A DNA stretch of 64,000 bases from a virus, in IMG/VR virus record IMGVR_UViG_3300003690_003472, positions 64,001 to 128,000 of that record; one strand, 5' to 3'. A program made the position numbers and the translations under genes. Of this stretch, positions 54,672 to 63,282 are shown one piece after another. Position 1 is the first letter of the stretch, and each line of letters starts with the position of its first letter. A model generated the notes under the pieces. The model made no database searches. It had not been told where the DNA came from and saw only the letters and a program-made list of their open reading frames with translations.

Positions 54672-57600
54672 ATGGGAAACCCAAGAAAAAGAAGGGGCAC
54701 ACAAAAAAATTGTGGCAAAGGAGCCTCAAGACAACTAACGGGTGCCAAAGCAAAACATGCATGGATGAGGCAAGCCTTTTTAATGTGTTTTGTACACCCC
54801 TTGGTGGATCCAATCAAATATGCGCCACTTACTGCAACAAAACCATCTCCAGATGATTCTTCTAAATATATTAAAAAAGTAGAGTCGACTAAAAAAAATG
54901 AATCTCTTGTCAACCTCTTAACGACAAGCGCTGACGTTATGACATTCCTCAATGGACGCCCAATTGATTATAGTCAGTTAGTTCCACAGATACAAATATA
55001 TAAAGTTTATGTAAAAAACAAAAAAGAAGTGGGAGAGGTTTTATTGCCGTTTCAATCAACAACAGACTTTCAACAATGGAAGGATAATGCAGGCGCCGAC
55101 GGCAGCTTATTTAGAGGCCGAGAGGCTGGTATACAAGATGTTCAAATAAAAATGGATGGGCGCGGACGCAATCCCGTTTCTGCAAACGTTATGCACCTTA
55201 CAATTAAATATTTCTTTAATGACGTAAAAACCTTGTTTGCTCCATTGGATATTGATCCTTTTTCGGCTAAGAGTCAAAATGCTAAACTCAATGCTGTTAC
55301 TTATTCAGATTTAATAAGATATCCACCAAGCACCCTCGATGTTGATTCAAGTCCCACTTCGTTGGATGCATCTTTTAGAATAAGGCTTATAATGGGGTGG
55401 TCCGTCAATGAAGAAAATTCAATTTTAGATCCCGCTTTCAGTAAGGCAGCAAAAGATGCTAAAATTAATTTTATTGGAGATTTATTTACCCATCAATTAG
55501 ATTTCAGGGAAGATGGGTCATTAGTTATTACAGCTGAATATAAAGGCGCCCTAGAAACCGCTTTTGCATCTACGGCTGCGAATATATTACATAATATAAA
55601 TCTTGACGAAAGCAACACTCTCGCAGGAATCAAAGCTGAGTTAAACAAGGTTGAAGCAACAGAATGGGCTAGCGTGAAAATAACGGGTGCAGGAAAAAGA
55701 AAGAAGATAAGTGAAATTACAACGGCACTAGAAACTTTGAAGCGGTATAGTGATGCTCGCGACGCATTTAAACAAATACTTAAAAAATCACCATATCCAG
55801 CTGAAATAGTAAAAAATTATAATAAAGCTTTGGGAGGCTATCAAAAAGCATTTTCTAATGCGTCGTTTCTCAAAGGAAAAGCCGGAAAAAAACTATTAGA
55901 TGCTGCAAAAAGTTTAAAAATTGATGTATATCCTAAGAAAAATGAAAAACTTGACAAACAAACAAAGATTGCGCTAGAGAAGGAAAGAAAAGCACAAGTA
56001 GGAAATAAACAAAAGCTGAAGAAGATTTTAGATAAAATTAATAAACGAAAACAACAATTAGGAGCACAAATAAACGCAGTTGAAGCGAGTATAAAATCTG
56101 GACATCTTTTTGGATATGTTCTTGATTTAATGGATAAAAACATGGTAGCATATGTCTATACCGACAAAAAAAGCGCATATGCTAATTGGGTAAGACTTCG
56201 AACATATTACGAATCTGGCGAATTTACTAAGGAAGGAGCATTAGAAAAAACAAACAAACTTTTAGGCGTTTTACGAAAAGAAAAATCAAAAACCACAGAA
56301 CCGCCTGCGAAGGGAGACCCCAAAGCCACCGCACAAGGTAAAAAAGGCAAAAAAAGCGGTTCTTCATCTCAGCAAGCCACACAACTGTTGAGAACCGGCG
56401 AATATAAGGGCGGCGATAAGATATTTTTCTTTAGATTAGGTGATTTATTAAGTGTGATATTCGATAAAGGACAATTTGGAGCAAATTTAGAGAATTTGTG
56501 TCCTGATTTTAAAATTCTTTTAGGACAATATTATTTTTACAACATAGATGCATCAGACAGAGGCGGAACTGAATCAACAAGTTTATATGATTTGCCTATT
56601 TCTTTGGAAATATTTAATGCATTTATATCTCAAAGAGTTGTTGGCAGTGGCAGATCAAACTATCCCTTGATAGCGTTTATTTGGGATTTAATCAAGTTTG
56701 TTATGGATAAAACTATGAGTAGCTTTGGAAAAGCTAGATCTGGTGCCGATAATCCATTTATAGACCCAATAAATTTTAAATTAGACATGACAGCTGTTGA
56801 TTTGCTTAAAGTAGATTTAGAGGGCGGAGGCGCCCTTTCAGTGAGCGACAATAAGAACATAAATACAGTAAAAATTCAAAAAACCCCTATAAACCAAATA
56901 TCAAATACTTTTTTATTTCATGCGCATGGAGGCCCCTTTAATAAAAGAATACAAATTGAACGAAGGGCTAATATAGCAGAAGATGCAAATGACGGTATAG
57001 TACATTTTTATGTTGGAGGCCCAAACAGAGGAATATTAAAAAGTATTAAATTTCAGGAAACCAAAAATACTCTTTTTAGCACAGCATTAATGAGAAATGG
57101 ACAAAATGGAGGACTTGACTCGGGCCGCGGAGTTATTAGGCCTACTAAATTTAATTGCGAGGTAGTATTAGTTGGAAATCCATATTTTTATATTGGTCAA
57201 ATGTTTTATGTTAACAGTGAATTAATTAGTTCTGGTCATTTCCGCGCAGAAAAAATAATGAATGGAGGTTATTATATAGTTACAGCTGTTGAAAGTCGCC
57301 TTTCAGCAAATGGGTGGGAAACAAGAATTAGAGGAGTTATGAATATACCAGACACTAATCTTAAATTTTCTCAAATACATATGCCCGTGAGACCTTTAAG
57401 AACTTTATCGGGTGAAAATATGCAAAAAATCTTAGATATGCAACCTAGTTTAAATCAAGCTAGCAACGCTACAAGTAATGTTCCCAAAACAGCAACAACA
57501 ACCAATCCGCCGCCCAAAACAAAAACTGATAAAAAGGGAAAAGCAGCCCCATCTAAATCCGAGAAAGATCCAAAGGCACACGCTGCAGAAATTCCCATTA

Positions 57601-57731
57601 CAGTGGATCATTTTGCGCGCGGCGCCGGGGGGCACGACGCGCGCGGTGCCGGGGCATATGGAGAAGAGACCGACTGGGAAGAAACTGGTATTCCTGAACG
57701 TTGGAAGAAATATTTTTCCAAACAACAATAA
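54672..57731 (+). CDS. Baseplate hub protein (gp27/late control D-like) with insertions
   Basis: C-terminal GILKSIKF, CEVVLVGNPYFYIGQMFYV and GGYYIVTAVESRL..GWETRIRG are typical of hub beta-barrels. Confidence 0.6.
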   Translation: MGNPRKRRGTQKNCGKGASRQLTGAKAKHAWMRQAFLMCFVHPLVDPIKYAPLTATKPSPDDSSKYIKKVESTKKNESLVNLLTTSADVMTFLNGRPIDYSQLVPQIQIYKVYVKNKKEVGEVLLPFQSTTDFQQWKDNAGADGSLFRGREAGIQDVQIKMDGRGRNPVSANVMHLTIKYFFNDVKTLFAPLDIDPFSAKSQNAKLNAVTYSDLIRYPPSTLDVDSSPTSLDASFRIRLIMGWSVNEENSILDPAFSKAAKDAKINFIGDLFTHQLDFREDGSLVITAEYKGALETAFASTAANILHNINLDESNTLAGIKAELNKVEATEWASVKITGAGKRKKISEITTALETLKRYSDARDAFKQILKKSPYPAEIVKNYNKALGGYQKAFSNASFLKGKAGKKLLDAAKSLKIDVYPKKNEKLDKQTKIALEKERKAQVGNKQKLKKILDKINKRKQQLGAQINAVEASIKSGHLFGYVLDLMDKNMVAYVYTDKKSAYANWVRLRTYYESGEFTKEGALEKTNKLLGVLRKEKSKTTEPPAKGDPKATAQGKKGKKSGSSSQQATQLLRTGEYKGGDKIFFFRLGDLLSVIFDKGQFGANLENLCPDFKILLGQYYFYNIDASDRGGTESTSLYDLPISLEIFNAFISQRVVGSGRSNYPLIAFIWDLIKFVMDKTMSSFGKARSGADNPFIDPINFKLDMTAVDLLKVDLEGGGALSVSDNKNINTVKIQKTPINQISNTFLFHAHGGPFNKRIQIERRANIAEDANDGIVHFYVGGPNRGILKSIKFQETKNTLFSTALMRNGQNGGLDSGRGVIRPTKFNCEVVLVGNPYFYIGQMFYVNSELISSGHFRAEKIMNGGYYIVTAVESRLSANGWETRIRGVMNIPDTNLKFSQIHMPVRPLRTLSGENMQKILDMQPSLNQASNATSNVPKTATTTNPPPKTKTDKKGKAAPSKSEKDPKAHAAEIPITVDHFARGAGGHDARGAGAYGEETDWEETGIPERWKKYFSKQQ

Positions 57732-57763
57732 GATATATATCTTAAATTAAATTTTTTAATCTT

Positions 57764-57771
57764 TCTATTTA
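57764..57771 (+). promoter_or_regulatory. Putative late promoter variant TCTATTTA
   Basis: Upstream of SD GAGAGGA and ATG 57791. Confidence 0.55.
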
Positions 57772-57790
57772 TAAAGAGAGGAAAAAGTAA

Positions 57791-59188
57791 ATGGCTTTTA
57801 TTGATCCACCACCAGAAGGTTCTAACGAAATAACAAATCCAGATTTATTTAGAGAGCGCCTCCTGTATAAGCAACAAACATTTTTACGACCCACAAAAAC
57901 TTCGTATGATCCAGTTCCGATTGATATGATTCATGAAAAACCTTTTTATGGAAAAGTTGATATATATGGAAATACCGTTTATCCTTCTGAGGGGGGCCGA
58001 TATCGTGGCATGAAGCAATTACCTGGCCCGGGCCTTATATTGGTACACGATTTTGTGGCCTATCAGTTTAAACAGCTTAAGAATTTTTTACTTCCCTCTC
58101 TCCTCTCCAAAGAACGCGTTCTTTCTAGCATGTTCGGTGATTATGTTCCAAAATCTGCTACTATAAATTTTCATCAACTTTATCAAAAACATTTCAAAAC
58201 AGAAGTTTATCCTGTTTTTGCCAACGATTATATAACTAGGCCCGAAATTAATAGAAATATTAAAACTTTTGATGACTTGGTGGATAAGTTTGTTAAATTT
58301 TCCATTGTAATGAGAGATCATTTTCCAATAACAAAGACTGCATTTATCATGTCTCCTTCTTGTCCTAATGCAGTTAGTGGGTTAATAATTAACCTACGTA
58401 ACAAATTGGCAGCTGATGATGATGGTCTTAAATATGAACAATTTATTTCAGATCCATGTTTTCGTAAATATGTAAGGGTTGTATCATCTTATGGTTTTTA
58501 TGTTGACAAAAATGTCCCATGGCGCATTGTAGCCAATTTAGATCATCCATCTTGGGAATCAGCATATGCTTCAGTAGGATCAACCGGCCTTGTTGATAAT
58601 CACATATTTTCTGAATATTTTTACAAATCTGAATATTTTTCATATGAAACACTTAAGTCAAATTTGTGGTGGATTTATTTGAAATTATCTAGAAACCCAG
58701 ACACAGAAGATTGGGGACACACATATGTCACAAAAAATTGTATGAGAGCTTTATGGTCGGATGCTGCTAGTCATAATTTTAAAACAATTACCGCCCGGGG
58801 TAAGAGAAAGCCAATATCCGAAAATTATGACACTTTTCAAGAAACGTACCCAGATGCCTTCTTTTTACCTATTTACCTTAAAATAAGAGCTAGTGAAAGC
58901 AGACTTAGATGGAAACCTCGTACCTTTCGTTCAACTTTGAAAAGGGTTTTACATGTTTATGACACACGAGGCATCACAAAAGCTCTTGAATTAATTGGCG
59001 ATATAACAAAACAATCGAAAGTATATCTTTATAATCCTTTGACAAAAGAGAGTCTAATACGTTATTTTGGATTTTCTACAAGTTCGGGCTTGCATTCTTA
59101 TTTAAGAGATGATATTATACAAATTGACTTAGAAGAACGCGCCGCTGAAATGGCAGAAGAAGATAAATTATTAGATGAGATGCTTTAA
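57791..59188 (+). CDS. Hypothetical protein (465 aa), last gene of the tail block
   Basis: Long ORF with an SD and the late-type motif. No domain recognised. Confidence 0.6.
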   Translation: MAFIDPPPEGSNEITNPDLFRERLLYKQQTFLRPTKTSYDPVPIDMIHEKPFYGKVDIYGNTVYPSEGGRYRGMKQLPGPGLILVHDFVAYQFKQLKNFLLPSLLSKERVLSSMFGDYVPKSATINFHQLYQKHFKTEVYPVFANDYITRPEINRNIKTFDDLVDKFVKFSIVMRDHFPITKTAFIMSPSCPNAVSGLIINLRNKLAADDDGLKYEQFISDPCFRKYVRVVSSYGFYVDKNVPWRIVANLDHPSWESAYASVGSTGLVDNHIFSEYFYKSEYFSYETLKSNLWWIYLKLSRNPDTEDWGHTYVTKNCMRALWSDAASHNFKTITARGKRKPISENYDTFQETYPDAFFLPIYLKIRASESRLRWKPRTFRSTLKRVLHVYDTRGITKALELIGDITKQSKVYLYNPLTKESLIRYFGFSTSSGLHSYLRDDIIQIDLEERAAEMAEEDKLLDEML

Positions 59189-59194
59189 ATACAT

Positions 59195-59222
59195 TTTACT
59201 AGCGCTGTATACAGTATATTAT
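59195..59222 (+). promoter_or_regulatory. Possible sigma70-type promoter (polA)
   Basis: TTTACT(59195)-16 nt-TATTAT(59217). ATG at 59230 with no SD. Weaker match than the other four promoters. Confidence 0.4.
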
Positions 59223-59229
59223 ATTTAAA

Positions 59230-60420
59230 ATGATTTTTCAAACGTTTGATGATAAAAAAAATTGTTATGCCATTTATGCAAATAATAAGATTTACTCAAA
59301 AGGCGCACCCTCACGACTGAACCTAACATCGACTTGGGATTATTCTGAATTTCTGAGAGACAAGGATATTTTATATGCAAAATATTATTGTGGTGGAAAG
59401 CCCCTTTCAGAAATATGCCCAGAACATCTTAAGGGAGAGTGGAAAAGTGTTTTTAATAAATTAAAAGCCTTTTATAGATCTATTAACGAGACAAAATTAA
59501 ATTTAAGTGAGCATTGTTTTTATGATATGCTTCCTTCTTATATCTTGTTAGAGTATGGAAAGATTAAAAACAAAATTTGTTCTTATATATTTGAAAATTA
59601 TGAAAAACCATTAGATTATAAATTTAAAGTTGAGCTGACAAAAGTTTTAACTGAAATGAAGAATAAAAAGTTGAATATTGATCTCTTGGCTATGAAAAGT
59701 CGTCGGCATGAGTTTAAAGTTCGTCAGTTCATTAAGAAAATAAAAGAAACACCACCTTTTGTTGTTTATGATGCATGCGGCACAAAAACAGGAAGATTGA
59801 CATCAAAGAAGTTTCCCATATTAACTATGGACAAAAGTTTTCGAAAAATATTAAAACCGAACAATAGCTGGTTTTTAGAACTTGACTATAATGCAGCAGA
59901 ACTTCGTGTGTTGCTTGGCTTATTGGACACAGAACAACCAAAAGAAGATATACATACTTGGAATCTACAAAATGTTTATAAAGGAATTGGAACAAGAGAA
60001 AAAGCTAAAAAAAGAATATTTGCATGGCTATATAATCCCAAATCAAAAGATTACATTTCTAGTCGAGTATATAATCGAGAAGAACTTTTAGAAAAGTATT
60101 GGGATGGCGAATATGTAAAAACATACTTTAATAGAGAAATCAAAGCAGACGAAAAACATGCCTTGAATTATATTGTACAATCAACTGCTGCAGATTTGTT
60201 TTTGCGCCAAATGATCAAAGTGTGGGAATATTTAAAAGATAAAAAATCTTACATTGCTTTTTGCTTGCATGATTCTTTGGTGATTGATTTGCACACAGAA
60301 GACGAGATGCAAATAAATGACATAAAAGAAATTTTTGAAGATACTGAACTAGGTAAATTTAAAGTTAATTCGTATGGTGGAAAAAACTTTAAGGATATGA
60401 AGAGGTTAAACGTAAAATAG
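59230..60420 (+). CDS. Compact family A DNA polymerase (no evident exonuclease domain)
   Basis: TKTGRLTS, motif A LDYNAAELRV, motif B REKAKKRIFAWLY, ALNYIVQSTAADL and motif C LHDSLVID. Confidence 0.88.
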   Translation: MIFQTFDDKKNCYAIYANNKIYSKGAPSRLNLTSTWDYSEFLRDKDILYAKYYCGGKPLSEICPEHLKGEWKSVFNKLKAFYRSINETKLNLSEHCFYDMLPSYILLEYGKIKNKICSYIFENYEKPLDYKFKVELTKVLTEMKNKKLNIDLLAMKSRRHEFKVRQFIKKIKETPPFVVYDACGTKTGRLTSKKFPILTMDKSFRKILKPNNSWFLELDYNAAELRVLLGLLDTEQPKEDIHTWNLQNVYKGIGTREKAKKRIFAWLYNPKSKDYISSRVYNREELLEKYWDGEYVKTYFNREIKADEKHALNYIVQSTAADLFLRQMIKVWEYLKDKKSYIAFCLHDSLVIDLHTEDEMQINDIKEIFEDTELGKFKVNSYGGKNFKDMKRLNVK

Positions 60421-61286
60421 TGAAAACAATTATTGGACTCGGGCACGCAGGCTGTAGTATTGTGGACAAGCTCTCATCATATCCACAATACAAAACATAT
60501 AAAATAGACACTAATTTAGAAAAAGCACCTCGTTGTTATCCTTTTCCTAAATATAATCATCCCGAAGAATATGAAAAAAAGTGTCCTAGTTTAAAGGGTT
60601 TTTTTAAAAGTGTAAAAGGAAATGTGCTGTTCATAACTAGTTGCGGTTTTATATCTGCAGCATCCTTAAAAATCTTAGAACAAATTAAAGATAAGTGTAA
60701 TATAAGTGTTTTATATATACAACCTAATAGAACTTTGTTGTCTGAATTAAAATTGTTGAATGACAATACAATTTTTCACATTTTACAAGAATATGCTCGT
60801 TCTGGCTTGTTTCAAAGGGTTTATTTAGTTAGCAACGTCGAGTTGAGTAAAATTATTGGAGATGTTCCTCTTAGAGAATACTATGACAAGTTAAATGAAT
60901 TGATTGCAACAACAATTCATATGATAAATGTTTTCGATAATTCAGACTCAGAGATTAGTACTTTTACACAACTATTTGATTCTGCTAGAATTTCGACTTT
61001 TAGCATAGTTGATTATGAAAAAAATGAAGAAAAAATGTTTTTTGATCTTGACATTCCTCGCGATAAGAGATATTATTATGCTGTGCCTGAAACAATACTT
61101 CAAACAGACAAAACGTTGTTAAAAAAGATTACAGAACAGCTTAAAAGATTGAAGAAAAATGATAAAATAAAGGTTAGCTATGGAATCTTTTCAACAAGTT
61201 ATGAAGATATATACGTTTATGGTCTGTTAAATAGTTCTGTGGTGCAAAATAATAATTTTAGACTTGACAAAGATCTAGATATATAG
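60420..61286 (+). CDS. Tubulin/FtsZ-like protein with a degenerate signature loop
   Basis: IIGLGHAGCSIVD (GxGxxG loop), RVYLVSN and YYDKLNELIA. CGFISAAS occupies the position of GGGTGSG. Confidence 0.7.
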   Translation: MKTIIGLGHAGCSIVDKLSSYPQYKTYKIDTNLEKAPRCYPFPKYNHPEEYEKKCPSLKGFFKSVKGNVLFITSCGFISAASLKILEQIKDKCNISVLYIQPNRTLLSELKLLNDNTIFHILQEYARSGLFQRVYLVSNVELSKIIGDVPLREYYDKLNELIATTIHMINVFDNSDSEISTFTQLFDSARISTFSIVDYEKNEEKMFFDLDIPRDKRYYYAVPETILQTDKTLLKKITEQLKRLKKNDKIKVSYGIFSTSYEDIYVYGLLNSSVVQNNNFRLDKDLDI

Positions 61287-61292
61287 TAATAT
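61264..61292 (+). promoter_or_regulatory. Sigma70-type promoter (SSB/recA)
   Basis: TTGACA(61264)-17 nt-TAATAT(61287). Confidence 0.72.
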
Positions 61293-61301
61293 ATTAACCA
61301 G

Positions 61302-61333
61302 CAACGTGAGAGAGTTATCACGTTGACTATAAC
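61302..61333 (+). promoter_or_regulatory. 5'-UTR hairpin (possible pseudoknot) of the SSB gene
   Basis: CAACGTGA-8 nt-TCACGTTG perfect stem. Loop GTTA is complementary to TAAC at 61330. Confidence 0.5.
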
Positions 61334-61353
61334 AAAAAGGAAAAAAAATAATT

Positions 61354-62112
61354 ATGTCAATTGATATGAAAAAAATGCGAGAGCGCAAAATCTCTCTAGA
61401 CAACAAAGGTAATGGAAACAATCGTTTCTGGCGCCCTCAAGACGGTGAACAAACTATTCGAATTGTTCCCACTTCAGACGGTGATCCTTTCAAGGATTAC
61501 TGGTTCCATTATAATGTAGGAGACAATCCCGGCTTTTTAAGTCCCAAAAGAAATTTTGGAGAAGATTGCCCTTTGGATTCTTTTGTTCGCAACCTTTGGA
61601 AGGAAGGAACTGAAGACAGCAAGCGCATGGCAAAAAAGCTTTCTGCACGTCAACGCTTTTTCGCGCCCGTATTAGTACGCGGCGAAGAAGATCAAGGTGT
61701 ACGTGTTTGGGGTTTTGGCAAACAAGTTTATGAAAAGCTTCTTAATCTTGTTCTAAATCCGGAATATGGAGATATTACAGACGCCGAAGCGGGTACAGAT
61801 CTTGTGCTTACATATGGAAAGCCAGCAGGAGCAAGTTTTCCTGTAACGCAACTTACTCCGCGCCGACGAAGTTCCCCGCTTTGTTCTGATGGCCCCGAAA
61901 AGTGTACTGAATATTTGGACAACATTCCAGATTTTGAGGAGCTTTTTGCAGGTAGTCGTAAGACTTTTGAAGAGGTTCAAAATATGCTGGACGAGTTTCT
62001 TCTTGGAGATGTAAATCCAGAAGAGAACTCTAGTGAAACTACCAAATATGGAAAAGGTGATGAACCAGCCAGTTCGGTTGATAAGGCTTTTGAAGACCTT
62101 CTAGGTAGTTGA
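61354..62112 (+). CDS. Single-stranded DNA-binding protein (T4 gp32-like)
   Basis: RFWRP..GEQTIRIVP, YWFHY, EDCPL, GVRVWGFGKQVYEKLL, YGDITD..GTDL and an acidic tail ending AFEDLLGS. Confidence 0.88.
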   Translation: MSIDMKKMRERKISLDNKGNGNNRFWRPQDGEQTIRIVPTSDGDPFKDYWFHYNVGDNPGFLSPKRNFGEDCPLDSFVRNLWKEGTEDSKRMAKKLSARQRFFAPVLVRGEEDQGVRVWGFGKQVYEKLLNLVLNPEYGDITDAEAGTDLVLTYGKPAGASFPVTQLTPRRRSSPLCSDGPEKCTEYLDNIPDFEELFAGSRKTFEEVQNMLDEFLLGDVNPEENSSETTKYGKGDEPASSVDKAFEDLLGS

Positions 62113-62116
62113 ATTT

Positions 62117-62149
62117 ATGGGGAGTCATTGACTCCCCATTTTTAATTTT
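62117..62149 (+). terminator. Rho-independent terminator between ssb and recA
   Basis: ATGGGGAGTC-ATT-GACTCCCCAT followed by a T-rich tract. Confidence 0.85.
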
Positions 62150-62165
62150 AACAAAAGGGGAAAAC

Positions 62166-63269
62166 ATGGCGAGAGCTAAAACAAAAACAGGAAAACTTTC
62201 TATAGCTGATATGAGGCAGCTTATTAATAAAAAAGCTGGCATGAATGTTGCGCATAATTTAAATGACGATAGCCCAACAATTGTAAAAGATTGGATATCA
62301 ACTGGTTCGCGTTGGCTTGATTCAATTATTTGTCGAGGAAAATTAGCGGGAATTCCAGTAGGAAAAATTGTCGAGATTGCCGGTCTTGAATCAACAGGAA
62401 AATCATTTTTAGGTGCTCAAGTAGCAGCAAACGCACAACAGCGGGGAATCGATGTTGTTTATTTCGATTCAGAATCTGCAATTGATCCAAACTTTTTAGA
62501 AAAAGCTGGCTGTAACGTTGATGATCTTTTATATGTTCAAGCAACATCTGTAGAGTTTGTATTAGAAACGATTGAAGAATTGCTTGGTTCAAATGAAAAC
62601 CGAATGCTCTTCATCTGGGATTCATTAGCACTAACACCAGCAATTTCAGATATTGAGGGAGATTTTAATCCTCTTTCTTCGATGGCAGTTAAAGCACGAA
62701 TTCTTGCAAAAGGAATGTCAAAGCTAACAGTTCCAATTGCAAATAGCCAATCAACATTTCTGGTATTAAACCAACTTAAAACAAACATCACTAGGAGCCC
62801 TTCAGAGGCTCTTACAACGCCCTTTATGACTCCCGGGGGTAAAGCCATGATTTACGCTTATTCGTTGCGTATATGGCTCACAGGGCGCAAAGCAAAGGCT
62901 TCTTTTGTTACGGATGACAAAGGCTTTAGAATTGGCTCCGAAGTCAAAGTAAAACTAGAGAAAAGTCGCTTTGGAACACAAGGACGACAATGTAATTTTA
63001 AGATTTTATGGGGAGATGAAGTAGGTGTACAAGACGAAGAAAGCTGGTTGGATGCGATCAAAAGTTCACAACATTTATCAAACAGTGGTGCATGGTTTGC
63101 GCTTAATTATAGTGATGGCACGTCCGACAAATTTCAAAGTTCGGGTTGGAAAGAGAAACTTGAAGAACCTAAATTTAAACAAAGAGTTCTAGAAATTATG
63201 GATGAAGAAATTATTATGAAGTTTGATAAAAGAATTGGCGATGCTGAAAGTTTTTATGAAGAGGAATAA
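62166..63269 (+). CDS. recA: RecA/UvsX recombinase
   Basis: ISTGSRWLD, GIPVGKIVEIAGLESTGKS (Walker A), FIWDSLA, NQLKTNI and TPGGKAM. Start moved to ATG 62166 because the TTG start lies upstream of the terminator. Confidence 0.95.
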   Translation: MARAKTKTGKLSIADMRQLINKKAGMNVAHNLNDDSPTIVKDWISTGSRWLDSIICRGKLAGIPVGKIVEIAGLESTGKSFLGAQVAANAQQRGIDVVYFDSESAIDPNFLEKAGCNVDDLLYVQATSVEFVLETIEELLGSNENRMLFIWDSLALTPAISDIEGDFNPLSSMAVKARILAKGMSKLTVPIANSQSTFLVLNQLKTNITRSPSEALTTPFMTPGGKAMIYAYSLRIWLTGRKAKASFVTDDKGFRIGSEVKVKLEKSRFGTQGRQCNFKILWGDEVGVQDEESWLDAIKSSQHLSNSGAWFALNYSDGTSDKFQSSGWKEKLEEPKFKQRVLEIMDEEIIMKFDKRIGDAESFYEEE

Positions 63270-63282
63270 TACTCTTTTAAAT

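Noticed and set aside
3008-60422. Repeated TAGTG stop/start overlaps (3008, 22248, 60418)
   Set aside because: This is ordinary translational coupling with GTG starts. It was used only to refine start positions.
60420-61286. Nucleus-forming (chimallivirus) lifestyle inferred from the tubulin gene
   Set aside because: Morphogenesis genes are T4-like, no chimallin or multisubunit RNAP is seen, and the tubulin signature is degenerate.
62109-62165. N-terminal extension of RecA from the TTG start in the track
   Set aside because: It would span the terminator hairpin. ATG 62166 with a GGGG SD fits better.
26985-63269. Introns or inteins in terL, polA or recA
   Set aside because: These ORFs are contiguous, of normal or reduced size, and show no homing-endonuclease or intein motifs.
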